From assembly GCA_965197745.1 (NCBI GenBank), contig CBDANS010000007.1:1984001-2048000 (forward strand): a stretch of 64,000 bases of DNA, read 5' to 3'. Under the pieces are notes generated by a model. That model was given only the letters and a program-made list of their open reading frames with translations, had not been told where the DNA came from and made no database searches. The stretch comes from Opitutales bacterium. Lineage in GTDB: Bacteria; Verrucomicrobiota; Verrucomicrobiia; Opitutales; PNEW01. The translations under genes were made by a program, and so were the position numbers. This document shows, one piece after another, positions 45,021-55,467 of the stretch (position 1 is the stretch's first letter; the number at the start of each line of letters is the position of its first letter).

Positions 45021-46590
45021 GAATGGCGTTAAGATAAGGGATAGAATGAGTGCAATAGATGCTTGTACAGGGACCGTTGGAGAGCTACCCTAACGAGCAT
45101 GCAAAAACAAAACTTAACTCGTTATTTTCCAGGATTTAATCAGGTCCTGTTCGGTCGTGCTCCCCGAACAGCCCTTGCACAGATGGAGGGTAAGCTGGTA
45201 GAAATACGGCGGTCAAGTCTTTCCGAGCTATCGGATATCTTCGGGCAGTGGGTGCCGCAAAAGTATTTACACCGGAAGCCTCGAGGGGCTAACAGCCGGC
45301 GGAGATTGTTCAGCCAAAACGTGACCTTCTGGGCATTTTTGTTCCAAGTGCTCTCACCACGGACTGCCTGCCGGGAAGTGGTGCGCAAGCTCCAGAGCTA
45401 TTGCAGCATGAAGGGGCTGAAGTTGGCTAAAGGAACGGCCTCGGCCTACTGTCAGGCGAGGCAACGGCTGTTGGTGCAAGACCTGCACGGGATCCATGAA
45501 GCGATCAGTGAAGAGGTGGCCGGGAGAGTGACCGACGATCAACGGTGGAAAGGTCACGAGGTAAAAGTGGTCGACGGCACGGGTATCGCCACCGCCGATA
45601 CGCCGTGCTTGCAGAGGTGTTACCCACAGCCTTCGCAGCAACGAAGCGGCTGCGGCTTTCCGGTGGTGAAGCTGGTGGGCTGTTTTTCTTTAGCCAGTGG
45701 GGCGCTTTTACACTGGATGGAGTCCTCACTAAGGCATCATGACAGTGTGCTGTTGCGGGGCATGATCGGATTTTTTCAAAAGGGTGATGTGGTCCTTGCC
45801 GACCGGGGATTTTGCTCTTACCTCAATATTGCCCTGCTTAAAGGCCGCGGTGCTGAAGCGGTCATGCGTTTGCATCAGCAACGAAGAAGCGACTTTCGTC
45901 AGGGCAGGTCCTTGGGTAGGTATGACCGGCTGATCATGTGGAAGAAGCCGCAAAATGTCTTCGGCTTCAGTCGCGAGCAGTGGCGGCAAATCCCTGATGA
46001 GATCCCCGTACGGCTGGTGAAGATTTTCATTTTCATCAAAGGTTTCCGCGCCCATAGCGTAGACCTCGTGACTACCTTGAGCGATCCTCACCAATACTCC
46101 CACCACGATCTCGGAGAATTATACTATCGGCGCTGGGCAGTGGAGCTTTACTTTCGCCACATCAAAACCACCATGGGGATGGAGATCCTGCGCTCTCGCT
46201 CGGTCGCTCTCGTGCGCAAAGAGATTGCGATGTTTGCCATCGCCTACAATCTCATCCGCGCTCTTTTGCAGCAAGCTGCCAGTGCCTCCACCGCGACCTC
46301 TCCCGGCTAAGCTTCAAGGGGGCTGTTGACACCCTCCGCCAATATCAAAGTGCGCTCGCGGCCACCCGGTTTAATCCCAGAGCCCAACGATCTGTCATTG
46401 ACGAGATGATACACCTCATTGCCCTCGAATCGGTCCCCCTACGTCCCTTCCGATACGAACCAAGAGTCCTCAAACGTAGACCTATACCTTTCCAACGATT
46501 GACTCATCCACGAGCCATGATGACCGTCTCTGCTTCACGAAAAAACAAAGGCTTTTATCATCCTAAACCACCCTTATCTTAACGCCATTC
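45021..46590 (+). mobile_element. IS4-family insertion sequence, copy 1 (1570 bp)
   Basis: 20-bp TIRs GAATGGCGTTAAGATAAGGG; perfect 11-bp TSD GGGTCAGGCTG (45010-45020 and 46591-46601). Confidence 0.95.
45099..46582 (+). pseudogene. IS4 DDE transposase with 1-nt deletion near 46287
   Basis: VDGT, LADRGF, Y..RW.VE..FR..K (YREK motif); C-terminus continues in another frame to TAA 46580-46582. Confidence 0.88.
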
Positions 46591-46740
46591 GGGTCAGGCT
46601 GTGTATTTATAGATTTTTCAGGATTCTAATTTAAAACGGACCGTTGAACCAACATATATTACTGAAATCGTTAGTATTCAAATACTGGGTGAAAAGTATT
46701 CTAAGTTGTAATCTATAAATAGACAGCCTGACCCCTTTTT
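46591..46740. repeat. ~155-bp inverted-repeat (MITE/REP-like) element, copy 1; left tip at 45004-45020, split by IS4
   Basis: Ends AAAAAGGGGTCAGGCTGTGTATTTATAGATT and AATCTATAAATAGACAGCCTGACCCCTTTTT. Confidence 0.8.
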
Positions 46741-46759
46741 CTTCCCTTCTATATTAAAC

Positions 46760-47743
46760 CTATCGTGACATATAGTAATAAAAACAGCTCACGTAGTCGG
46801 CATTCAGTTCCACCTTTTTACTATTCTCACCCTTATCATTATCACTCATCTTGGCGAACGTCTCGTGCGTATAATTTAGGATTCCCACGCATCCACCGGT
46901 AAATGATATTTTATCCGCTTCCCGACAGCGGAGCATGCCGATGCGGGAACCGCCTGAAGGCAGGTCGTCCAGCCTGATAATTGCACTGAACCGATCCGAC
47001 TGCGTTTCGTGGAATCCATAGGAGTAACCGTAAAAATCCTCGGTTCCCAGATACTCGACCGACGGTGCGTTTTCCCCGTTCAGGTAAAATTCGTCATTGC
47101 CCTCGCAGAGCAGTTCTCCGCGTTTGCAATTCGGATTGTCGCTGGAAATCTGAAACCAGTGAGCCACTATCGTTCCCGTACCGGAAATATTACAGAGCTC
47201 GAGCTTCTCGTGGGGGATGTGCAATTGACCCCGTCGATATTCGGCAAAAAGATAGCCCGATGATTCAGGAATTGTCCCTACCTTATCCCACTGGATATCC
47301 AGATACCCACGGAGATCGACGTCCGATGAATTTTCCAACTCGATTTTTACATGACGAGAAAAAGGCATCGGTAAACGGAAATTGTGGGATTCCTTAACTC
47401 GCGAAAAATAGACCGTATCATAGTAATCACACGATGCTTCGATATCGCCGAGGAAGTCCATTAACGGCATGTGAATAGACGGCGTATCTTCGAAGTCATA
47501 CCACACCTTCATCATGATCACCGATCCGGCCGACTGATCCGCGGAACCGTTTCGCTCATTGTAGTCTGAGGCGTGGATGCACGTAATAACTCCCGGACCA
47601 TCCACATCGAGTACCGTCACCGATGCGCCAGCGTAGAGCTCAGGCATGTCAGGATATTTATCCTTGGACCAGGTTGCGGGAACCACCCTGCTGTCGGCAT
47701 TCCCTATTCTCGTTAAGCTTTCCCAGGATCTTATAGCGTTCAT
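46760..47743 (-). CDS. DUF2961 (GH172-like) protein
   Basis: DGPGVI..IH, P.PF, EGNDEFY..GE, GTEDFY; GGAGG RBS before ATG 47743. Confidence 0.75.
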   Translation of the reverse strand: MNAIRSWESLTRIGNADSRVVPATWSKDKYPDMPELYAGASVTVLDVDGPGVITCIHASDYNERNGSADQSAGSVIMMKVWYDFEDTPSIHMPLMDFLGDIEASCDYYDTVYFSRVKESHNFRLPMPFSRHVKIELENSSDVDLRGYLDIQWDKVGTIPESSGYLFAEYRRGQLHIPHEKLELCNISGTGTIVAHWFQISSDNPNCKRGELLCEGNDEFYLNGENAPSVEYLGTEDFYGYSYGFHETQSDRFSAIIRLDDLPSGGSRIGMLRCREADKISFTGGCVGILNYTHETFAKMSDNDKGENSKKVELNADYVSCFYYYMSR

Positions 47744-47753
47744 GGTGGTCCTC

Positions 47754-49127
47754 CTACGACATAAAATCATCAACTTTGTCACGTAACCTTCTCAGATCGT
47801 CGGCGTGAGCCACGTCATTTATCAGATTTTGATTTTCACCCGGATCAGCGTCTAAATCAAAGAGCTGCTCAGGCCATTCTTTACCCTCGAAACGGAAGTA
47901 TTTCATGTGGTCCTGCTTGACCATCACCGACGGCCCGTTCAATGGATGGTATAATTCGCTATAAACTTCATTCGGCCAATCGTCAGACCTTCCTTCCATG
48001 AGCGGAACGAGAGAGCGCCCATCCAACCCGTGTGGTATCGGCACATGGGCTAACTCGCAGAGGGTCGGGAATAAGTCGACCAGCGAGACATTATCCTGAA
48101 TAATTGCATTTCCTTGATTAAACTTTTGTGGCCTCGAGATGAAGAACGGCACACGTACCGAAGCATCAAAGTACTGCTGTTTTTCCCATAGTCCTTTTTC
48201 GCCAAGCATCTCACCGTGGTCGGACAGAAAAACTACTACGAAATCATCGAGCACATTCAGTGCTTCGAGCTTGGAGATAATACGCCCGAACTGCATATCC
48301 GTCCACTCGATCATTCCATAATATGCAGCAGTCGCTCTATGCGCTTCACGATAGGTGACATCTTCCCCGACCTTTATTTTGAAATAATCGTTGCAGTCGA
48401 AATTCTCAGGGAGGTCTTCGACGCGTGGCTTCACACGTTGCATGTAATAGTTAAATAGCTCTTCGGGACATTGGAATGGATAATGCGGGCAATTCAGGCT
48501 GACCGCGAGTAGTAGCGGACCCTCACCGGGCCTGTCGTAAGTCGCATCGACAAAAAATTCGTCGAGGTACATTAAGGCACCGTCAACGGTGTACTTATCC
48601 TGTTTCATGTAAGTACTCATTCCGACACGTGCGTTGGTGATTTCCTTGGCTTGCGGCCATTTGCCCGTACCTTCTTCGTGAAAGGTCATTGCCTGGTGAA
48701 GGGGATCATCCACCGGTTCGTAGGCGGTACGCCCTCGGATGTCGCGGCCGATTCGCTCGTACCAGCCGTGCATCTGGTCGGGACCGTCGGCAAAGTGCAT
48801 CTTTCCCGCAGCTACGGGGTGGTACCCGTAGCGTGAGAGGTGTCCGGGAATGGTCAGCAGCTCGCTTGGCAATGGGATTCCGTAACCTCTGGTTCCGCAG
48901 TTTTCCAGATAGTTGCCAGCCAGGAAACACTGCCTCGCCGGCACGCATATCGGTGATGGCGTGTAAGCATTGCGAAAATAGTTCCCTTGGTCGATGAATC
49001 TGTCGAGCGTCGGGGTTCGAATCTGCGAATTCCCTTCTATCGGCAAGACATCAGGGCGATGTTCATCATCGATAAACAATAAAATGTGAGGTTTTTTATA
49101 GGACTTTCCATAATTTACCCTTTTCAC
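47754..49127 (-). CDS. Formylglycine-dependent sulfatase (choline-sulfatase-like)
   Basis: DEHR, CVPAR (CxPxR), GKMHF, SDHGEMLG. Confidence 0.9.
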   Translation of the reverse strand: MKRVNYGKSYKKPHILLFIDDEHRPDVLPIEGNSQIRTPTLDRFIDQGNYFRNAYTPSPICVPARQCFLAGNYLENCGTRGYGIPLPSELLTIPGHLSRYGYHPVAAGKMHFADGPDQMHGWYERIGRDIRGRTAYEPVDDPLHQAMTFHEEGTGKWPQAKEITNARVGMSTYMKQDKYTVDGALMYLDEFFVDATYDRPGEGPLLLAVSLNCPHYPFQCPEELFNYYMQRVKPRVEDLPENFDCNDYFKIKVGEDVTYREAHRATAAYYGMIEWTDMQFGRIISKLEALNVLDDFVVVFLSDHGEMLGEKGLWEKQQYFDASVRVPFFISRPQKFNQGNAIIQDNVSLVDLFPTLCELAHVPIPHGLDGRSLVPLMEGRSDDWPNEVYSELYHPLNGPSVMVKQDHMKYFRFEGKEWPEQLFDLDADPGENQNLINDVAHADDLRRLRDKVDDFMS

Positions 49128-49269
49128 TCAGGTAATAAGAAAGGGGGCATGTCGAACTTTTTGCAAAAGAATATTTTAGTAAGCGTACAACCCACCGTCT
49201 CGATTGTGAAGGAGGGTGGCTCCTGCTTGCCTTACTCAACCAGCTAAATATTTTTGAGTGAAGATTAAA

Positions 49270-49344
49270 GGTGGAACGCGCTGTCCCTAGCGCGTTAGAG
49301 ATTGTTGTAAGTGAAGAAGCGTGCTAGGGACAGCCCGCTCCACC
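49270..49344. repeat. REPIN-like doublet of inverted GTGG-footed REP hairpins
   Basis: GGTGGAACGCGCTGTCCCTAGCGCGTT and AAGCGTGCTAGGGACAGCCCGCTCCACC. Confidence 0.75.
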
Positions 49345-49391
49345 TCATTGCTTAACACCTAAAACCTAACACTTAAAACTTCTCGAAGAGA

Positions 49392-51647
49392 TCACTCGAT
49401 AGTGATCTCTTCGGTAACAACATCGATCTCATCCCCATCTTCATTAGCGAAGGTGGCGTCGATGCTCAATGTTGGCTGAGGCGTTTCGTCAGACTTGAAG
49501 TTGTTTTGCGTGATCAATGTGTCAAACCCGGTCGTTGTCGATCCGCTCTCCGCCACAATGATCGATGCGCCGTTGGTTTGAGCGAGGTCGCCACCGGTGA
49601 TACGCATCCCGGGGTTACCTGCAGGTACCGTGAAGGACCCTTCTCCGAACAACAGGTGCGGCACCGCATCACCATCGGCATCGATGTCGCCTACAGTTAG
49701 GCGTACCGCGATCGGCACGCCGCGGGCGTCCACACCGACTTTTCCGGTGCTTCCGCTAAACACAGCGTTCGACAGCTGGACTCCTCCCAGTCCCGTGGAG
49801 TTGACTACTTCCACGAGTGCCACGTCGGCCTGGGCGTCATAGACCTGTCCTTCGGGGAACAGCGCCTGGTTAAAGGCGTTGATCCTGCCCACCGTGAAAA
49901 TGCTGAAGAAGGTATTGGCGTCGGCTCCGTCGATGACCACGCTCGGCTTGCCCGTCACATATTCGACGGCCTGGTTGTAGCGTGGGGGGACGGCCGGAGG
50001 CAGGAAAGTGGCCGGGTCGAGGGATACGGTAAAGGTACCGTTACCTGAGAACTCTACCTGTACAATGTCTTCGTTTTCGTCCATGAAGGAAACGCGGGTG
50101 ATCTGTCCCGGTTTGGCCTGGAGTTGGACGGACTCTCCGGTGAGTAATATCTGGTCGAAGACGTTACCGTTGGCATGCTGAATGTCTTCACCCGCGATAT
50201 CCCCCGAGCCGTCGAGGACGAGAGGGACGGAAGGTGCCGCTACGGTGATGACTGCGGTATTGCTATCAGCGGTACCGCCGGCATTAGTAACCTGCACCCA
50301 GTAGTTCGTGCTCGCAGTGAGCGCACCGGTAGTTAGTGTGCTTCCGGTAGCGTCGGCGACAGGAGCTTCGGTGTCACCGCTGTTGCCAGTATACCACTGG
50401 TAGGTGAGATCGTCGCCGCTGGCAGCGACAGACAAACTCGTCGAAGCGCCGGACTGCACTTCCTGGCTCGCGGGCTGGGTGGTGATGGTGGGTGCATCCG
50501 CGGGTGGGGGACCCTCGGAGCCGCTTCCCGGGGCACCGATCGGGGTGAAACCAAAGTCGTCAATACCGTTACGGGTAAATAGGTTAGCGTTCACATCTTC
50601 ATCGTCAATATAAACAATCTTCCCAATGCCTTCGGGTGCTCCCAATTCATCTGCATTAAAGGTTAGAAAAGTGGGTTTAAATTCCGGATGAACAAACGTC
50701 TCCATGTCTGTTTCGGTCACGAGGAGGTTATCATTAGTATCGTAGACTTCGATAGAGCAATCGATTTCTGTCTGTCCCTGTGCACTTTCACAATTTGCAT
50801 AAAAATCCACCTCATAAGCCGGAGTTTCAAAGGTGATGGTGAATTCCCCATCTCCAGCCTCTACAATAAAAGATTGGTTAAAAGAATGTTGTGATGGGCC
50901 GCCGCTACTAGATCTAATACCACCTCCACTACCACCAGTACTGGTAAAAGTAGCGGTATAAGGAGAAGTCCCAATAGAAAAAGGTTCCAGTCTACCATCA
51001 CCTGGTCCAAATCCATCACTCGCCTCAAACCGGGTAAAGACCGTATTATTGTTGGGCTTATCCGTGGGCGTGTAGCCAAGATCATCAATGGACAACTTAC
51101 CTGTAACATTGAGAATCTTTACTTCTTTTATCCCTTCAATGAATTCCAGATCCGTGGCATCAAGAAAATTGCCGCTGTCAGCAATAAAGCTTTGCAAGGC
51201 AGGGTTGGCTCCCGGGCTGATGTTAGCCGGCAATCCAACAACTTCGCCATTATCTCCTATCACGATTAAAACTTCAGCAACTCCGCCGCTGCCTAATCCT
51301 AACCCGCTGTTTCTATCTCCTCTGACTTCGATTTTGCCACTCCCTGTTGATTCGGCCGCGTAAAATTCTAAGGTATTAATCCCGCGGCTGCTGACAATTA
51401 ACCCTTCCTGACCAGGCCCAAGCGTTAACGCTTTCGTTCCTGAGTGTAAAAGCGCGGGATCTTCTAAAGTCTCTATCGTGAAGCCGACAAACTGGATGGT
51501 ATTCGGTGGTTCACCAAGGGTAAAATCACCAGATCCTTCAACATTTTCAAAATCGAGAAATACTTCCTGATCTTGAGGAAGGGCTTGAATGAATAAGGGA
51601 ATAGTCAGTAATGCCGTCGTTACGATTGTATATTTTATAAGGTTCAT
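49392..51647 (-). CDS. Secreted paralogue 2 (variable modules, Ig-like domain, conserved C-terminal domain)
   Basis: Signal peptide, ALPQD.EVF.DFE, PTITTQP..YQWY Ig domain, C-terminus shared with paralogues. Confidence 0.85.
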   Translation of the reverse strand: MNLIKYTIVTTALLTIPLFIQALPQDQEVFLDFENVEGSGDFTLGEPPNTIQFVGFTIETLEDPALLHSGTKALTLGPGQEGLIVSSRGINTLEFYAAESTGSGKIEVRGDRNSGLGLGSGGVAEVLIVIGDNGEVVGLPANISPGANPALQSFIADSGNFLDATDLEFIEGIKEVKILNVTGKLSIDDLGYTPTDKPNNNTVFTRFEASDGFGPGDGRLEPFSIGTSPYTATFTSTGGSGGGIRSSSGGPSQHSFNQSFIVEAGDGEFTITFETPAYEVDFYANCESAQGQTEIDCSIEVYDTNDNLLVTETDMETFVHPEFKPTFLTFNADELGAPEGIGKIVYIDDEDVNANLFTRNGIDDFGFTPIGAPGSGSEGPPPADAPTITTQPASQEVQSGASTSLSVAASGDDLTYQWYTGNSGDTEAPVADATGSTLTTGALTASTNYWVQVTNAGGTADSNTAVITVAAPSVPLVLDGSGDIAGEDIQHANGNVFDQILLTGESVQLQAKPGQITRVSFMDENEDIVQVEFSGNGTFTVSLDPATFLPPAVPPRYNQAVEYVTGKPSVVIDGADANTFFSIFTVGRINAFNQALFPEGQVYDAQADVALVEVVNSTGLGGVQLSNAVFSGSTGKVGVDARGVPIAVRLTVGDIDADGDAVPHLLFGEGSFTVPAGNPGMRITGGDLAQTNGASIIVAESGSTTTGFDTLITQNNFKSDETPQPTLSIDATFANEDGDEIDVVTEEITIE

Positions 51648-51726
51648 TTAATTTTTTTTGAGTGTCTTATTCTTAAATGATAAAATCCACGTACTTAAAC
51701 TTTATTAAAAATGTCCTTTTCACGAG

Positions 51727-51776
51727 CCATTTCAATTTTCGATTGTCGATATGCGATTTCCGATTGAATGAGATAG
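51727..51776. repeat. 50-bp heptamer-periodic repeat; second copy at 59421-59470
   Basis: CCATTTCAATTTTCGATTGTCGATATGCGATTTCCGATTGAATGAGATAG; 3 mismatches between copies. Confidence 0.8.
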
Positions 51777-51830
51777 AGACAAGAGAATTATAGAAACAAA
51801 ATATAATTTAAACTATGCTGAAATCCCTGC

Positions 51831-52784
51831 TTAAACCCTTACTCCAAAGGCAGCCTCAAAGTCCTGCCACACAATTTCCGGCACCTTCGTTGTGGCGCTT
51901 GTATATACCTCGTAAAATTCCTTCGGGTTGGCCGGTCCGGTCAGGACAATGCCATTGCCTCTAACGGGCGCATTGAGAACGAATTGCATTGCCAGATCTC
52001 GGATGTTCAATCCCTGTTCTTTGCACCACTGCCACATCTGGTGTGCATAAGGTGTCACGGCGGGGTCTGTCGGCCCACCTATGAGCGACGGAGGTACAAT
52101 CCCGTTTCGATCGGGGGTCAGCTTTTTATTACCCTGGGTGTCCGGTTCTGGACCTGCAAGAAGTGAGCCACCCAATGGGCTTCCCAGAATGATTCCTATG
52201 TCATTTTCCAGCGCAAGGGGAATTGTTGTTTTGGCGAGTGATTGAGAAAGCAGGGTGTAGTCCAAGAAAGACAACACAATATCTATTTCACCGGTTTCAA
52301 TCGCCCGCCGATGAAATTCAGGCTGGCGCACACCGATGCCAATGTGACCGATGCGTCCTTTCGATTTCCAATCTACCAACACATCCAAACAGGCCCCTAA
52401 CGGTGCTTCAATGTCGTAGCGCGGGCCGTGAATCAACACTGAATCCACGTACTCTGTCTGAAGCTGCTTAAAGCTGTTCTCCAAGCTCCACGTCGTAGCT
52501 TCTTTTGAAAAATCGCGGAGAAATTGTGGATGAGAGCCCACCTTAGTTTGAAGGTAGACCTTTTCTCGCCATCCGCCAGCCAATGCCAATCCGACACGAT
52601 ACTCGCTGACCTCGTAGAACGGGGACGTATCGACAAAATCGATCCCCCGTTCAATAGCCTCCCGAATCGTTGCCACCGCTTCTTCATCTGGCCGCTGCGG
52701 ATAACCCAGATGCCCGCAACCCAATCCAAGCGCCTTTGTTGTCATCTCTGTGCGTCCTAATCGGCGAACTTCCAGATCTGACAT
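51831..52784 (-). CDS. Aldo/keto reductase
   Basis: LGLGC, DTSPFY, QTKVG, YVDSVLIH. Confidence 0.88.
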   Translation of the reverse strand: MSDLEVRRLGRTEMTTKALGLGCGHLGYPQRPDEEAVATIREAIERGIDFVDTSPFYEVSEYRVGLALAGGWREKVYLQTKVGSHPQFLRDFSKEATTWSLENSFKQLQTEYVDSVLIHGPRYDIEAPLGACLDVLVDWKSKGRIGHIGIGVRQPEFHRRAIETGEIDIVLSFLDYTLLSQSLAKTTIPLALENDIGIILGSPLGGSLLAGPEPDTQGNKKLTPDRNGIVPPSLIGGPTDPAVTPYAHQMWQWCKEQGLNIRDLAMQFVLNAPVRGNGIVLTGPANPKEFYEVYTSATTKVPEIVWQDFEAAFGVRV

Positions 52785-52895
52785 TTTTGAACTCCTTTAC
52801 ACCATTGAAATTGACGATACTCGATCTCTTTCGTGCAAACGGAATCGTCCTGAATCGGACAAACGTTGGCAAGCACTTTCATGAAACAGTATAAG

Positions 52896-53039
52896 CTACT
52901 CCTCTATGCCGGATGGAATAAGCGAAAGCAAGTACGGGAGGTCATCAAAAGCCCTCTGCCGCGCTAAGGTAAAAGCGATAGCCTTGCCAATTCCGCTGTT
53001 ACCGCCCGTGACTAATGCCGCTTTTCCACGCAAGTCCAT
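52896..53039 (-). pseudogene. Short-chain dehydrogenase N-terminal remnant
   Basis: MDLRGKAALVTGGNSGIGKAIA, then unrelated sequence and a stop after 47 aa. Confidence 0.7.
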
Positions 53040-53130
53040 TTACATTCTATTAGTTTGCCTATTAACTACTCACGGAATAGCTCGAATCGCAAGCCAATGG
53101 CATAATTATCGTCATGACAATGAGTACTTA

Positions 53131-53201
53131 GGTAGGCGTTAGGTTTTATGTATTAAGTGTTAAATATTTTTACCTAAAACCTAACACTTAACACCTAAAA
53201 C
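53131..53201. repeat. Inverted heptamer-repeat element (TAAMACY)n; related tract at 49352-49380
   Basis: TAGGCGTTAGGTTTTATGTATTAAGTGTTAA facing ACCTAAAACCTAACACTTAACACCTAAAACT. Confidence 0.65.
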
Positions 53202-53212
53202 TGATCGATAGA

Positions 53213-55420
53213 TCACTCTATCGTTATCTCATCGACTTCGACACTGATCTCATCACCGTCCTCATTGGCGAAAGCTGCACTGACACTTTGCGTCGGCTGA
53301 GGTGTGTTGTCCGACTTGAAATTGTTCTGCGAGATCAGGGTCTCAAACCCGGTAATTGTCGATCCACTTTCCGCGACGACGATCGATGCGCCGTTGGTCT
53401 GCGCGAGGTCACCTCCAGTGATTCGCAATCCGGGGTTACCTGCAGGTATGGTGAAGGATCCTTCACCAAACAAAAGGTGCGGTACGGCATCGCCGTCAGC
53501 ATCGATGTCACCTACGGTTAAGCGTACCGCGATCGGTACCCCTCTGGCATCGACGCCGACCTTGCCGGTGCTTCCACTGAGCAATGTGTTCGACAGCTGC
53601 ATCCCTCCCATTCCCGTTGAGTTGATCACTTCCACCAGAGTCACGTCCGCTTGTGCATCATAAACCTGCCCCTCGGGGAAGAGAGCCTGGTTCACCGCGT
53701 TGATCCTTCCAACCGTAAAGATACTAAAGAAGGTACTGGAATCAGCTCCGTCAATAACCACGTTGGGTTTGCCCGTCACATACTCCACGGCCTGGTTGTA
53801 GCGCGGGGGAGGAGCCGGGGGCAGGAAGGTGGTCGGGTCGAGGGTTACGGTAAAGGTCCCTTCGCCTGAAAATTCAACCTGCACAATGTCCTCAGTTTCG
53901 TCCATGAAGGAAACCCGGGTAATTTGTCCTGGTCTTGCTTGCAGTTGGATGGATTCTCCGGTAAAGAGAATTTGATCAAAGACATTACCGTTAGGATGCT
54001 GAATGTTCTCTCCGGCGATATCGCCCGCGCCATCGAGGACGAGGGGCACGGAGGGAGCCGCTACAGTGATGACTGCTGTATCGCTATCGGCAGTACCTCC
54101 AGCGTTAGTAATCTGTACCCAATAGCTGGTGCTCGCAGTTAGAGCACTCGTCGTTAAAGCACTGCCGGTGGCGCCCGCAACGGGAGCGGCGGTATCACCA
54201 CTGTTACCGGTGTACCACTGGTAGGTGAGATCATCTCCGCTGGCCGCGACGGATAAGACGACTGCAGTGCCGGTCTGCACTTCCAGGTTAGTGGGCTGAA
54301 TGGTGATGGATGGGCCTTGTGCGGTGGTGGTTCCATCGAAACCCGGAGCACCGATCGGGGTAAAACCGAAATCGTCAATGCTCGTCGAACTGATATTAAG
54401 ATTTGCACGTATATTATCGGTATAGGTTATTTTGGCAATGCCGCCCACCGCTCCCAATTCACTGGCTATTAATTTAACCTGAAAAGGAAGGGTATTGGGG
54501 CTAAGGAAAGCTGGCAGATCTTCAATCGTGATGAGCAAGTTATCTTCCGTGTCAAATACCTCAATCGTACCGTCATCTTCGCCAATCGCTTGATCAAAGA
54601 TGGCTGCGGCATAAAATTGAACCCGTGCTGCCGGTGTTTCGAAAGTGATCGTTCCGGTTTCACCTTCAAACACTCTCCAGTAGTCGCAACATGAGCGGCT
54701 AAATCCTGAATGCAGTGCTGTAAGGCCATTAGTAAAGGTGGCGGTAAAAGGAGATGATCCAACCGCAAAATTATCAATTCCTGTGGTGAATTCTTCAAAT
54801 CGGGTATGCACGGTATTATTTCTTGGCACATCTGAAAGGGTAAAACCAAGATCATCGATGACTAATTTTCCCGTGACATTAAAGAACTTAATTTCAGTTA
54901 TACCGTCAAAGTAGTAGTCGATATCATCAAAATTTTGAATACCTTCAGGGATGCTGACGAACCGTTGTACCGGTGGATTGATATCGGCGTTGATACTGGT
55001 CGGTAAGCCAGTTATTGTATATTGCGGTAGTGGTATTAAGATTAATTCAACATACCTCTTTTCCAGGCTAATCTCACCGACATTCCCAGGACCCCCGGCT
55101 TCAATCTTACCCGCGCCCGTGTTCTCGGCCACGTAGAACTCGATTTCAGCAAGCCCCTTTTCAGTGAAGATCTTCCCTTCCTCACCGGGCCCCAGGGTTA
55201 GAGCTTTCATTCCCGAATGCAAGAGCAATGGATCCTCTAAAGTCTCCACCTTAAAGCCAACTAATTTAATCCGGTTTGGCTCTTCGCCGATAAAAATTTC
55301 ACCTTCTCCGTTGATATCCTCAAAATCTGTGAATACCTCGAGGTCCTGCGGAAGAGCTAGGAGAAAAAGTGGAAATAAAAGTGAAATCAATAATTCGGAT
55401 ACGAAATTTCTAAAGTGCAT
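53213..55420 (-). CDS. Secreted paralogue 3 (variable modules, Ig-like domain, conserved C-terminal domain)
   Basis: Same architecture as 49392-51647. Confidence 0.85.
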   Translation of the reverse strand: MHFRNFVSELLISLLFPLFLLALPQDLEVFTDFEDINGEGEIFIGEEPNRIKLVGFKVETLEDPLLLHSGMKALTLGPGEEGKIFTEKGLAEIEFYVAENTGAGKIEAGGPGNVGEISLEKRYVELILIPLPQYTITGLPTSINADINPPVQRFVSIPEGIQNFDDIDYYFDGITEIKFFNVTGKLVIDDLGFTLSDVPRNNTVHTRFEEFTTGIDNFAVGSSPFTATFTNGLTALHSGFSRSCCDYWRVFEGETGTITFETPAARVQFYAAAIFDQAIGEDDGTIEVFDTEDNLLITIEDLPAFLSPNTLPFQVKLIASELGAVGGIAKITYTDNIRANLNISSTSIDDFGFTPIGAPGFDGTTTAQGPSITIQPTNLEVQTGTAVVLSVAASGDDLTYQWYTGNSGDTAAPVAGATGSALTTSALTASTSYWVQITNAGGTADSDTAVITVAAPSVPLVLDGAGDIAGENIQHPNGNVFDQILFTGESIQLQARPGQITRVSFMDETEDIVQVEFSGEGTFTVTLDPTTFLPPAPPPRYNQAVEYVTGKPNVVIDGADSSTFFSIFTVGRINAVNQALFPEGQVYDAQADVTLVEVINSTGMGGMQLSNTLLSGSTGKVGVDARGVPIAVRLTVGDIDADGDAVPHLLFGEGSFTIPAGNPGLRITGGDLAQTNGASIVVAESGSTITGFETLISQNNFKSDNTPQPTQSVSAAFANEDGDEISVEVDEITIE

Positions 55421-55467
55421 TGAAGTAAATGGGTCAAAATATTCATAGCCCTAAACCAATGGCAGGG

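Noticed and set aside
46591..46740. Tn3-family MITE because the ends start GGGGTC
   Set aside because: There is no 38-bp IR ending in TAAG and no 5-bp TSD; the flanking A and T runs are part of the inverted repeat.
17298..55420. Diversity-generating retroelement acting on the secreted paralogues
   Set aside because: No reverse transcriptase or template repeat is present; differences include indels and are not adenine-specific.
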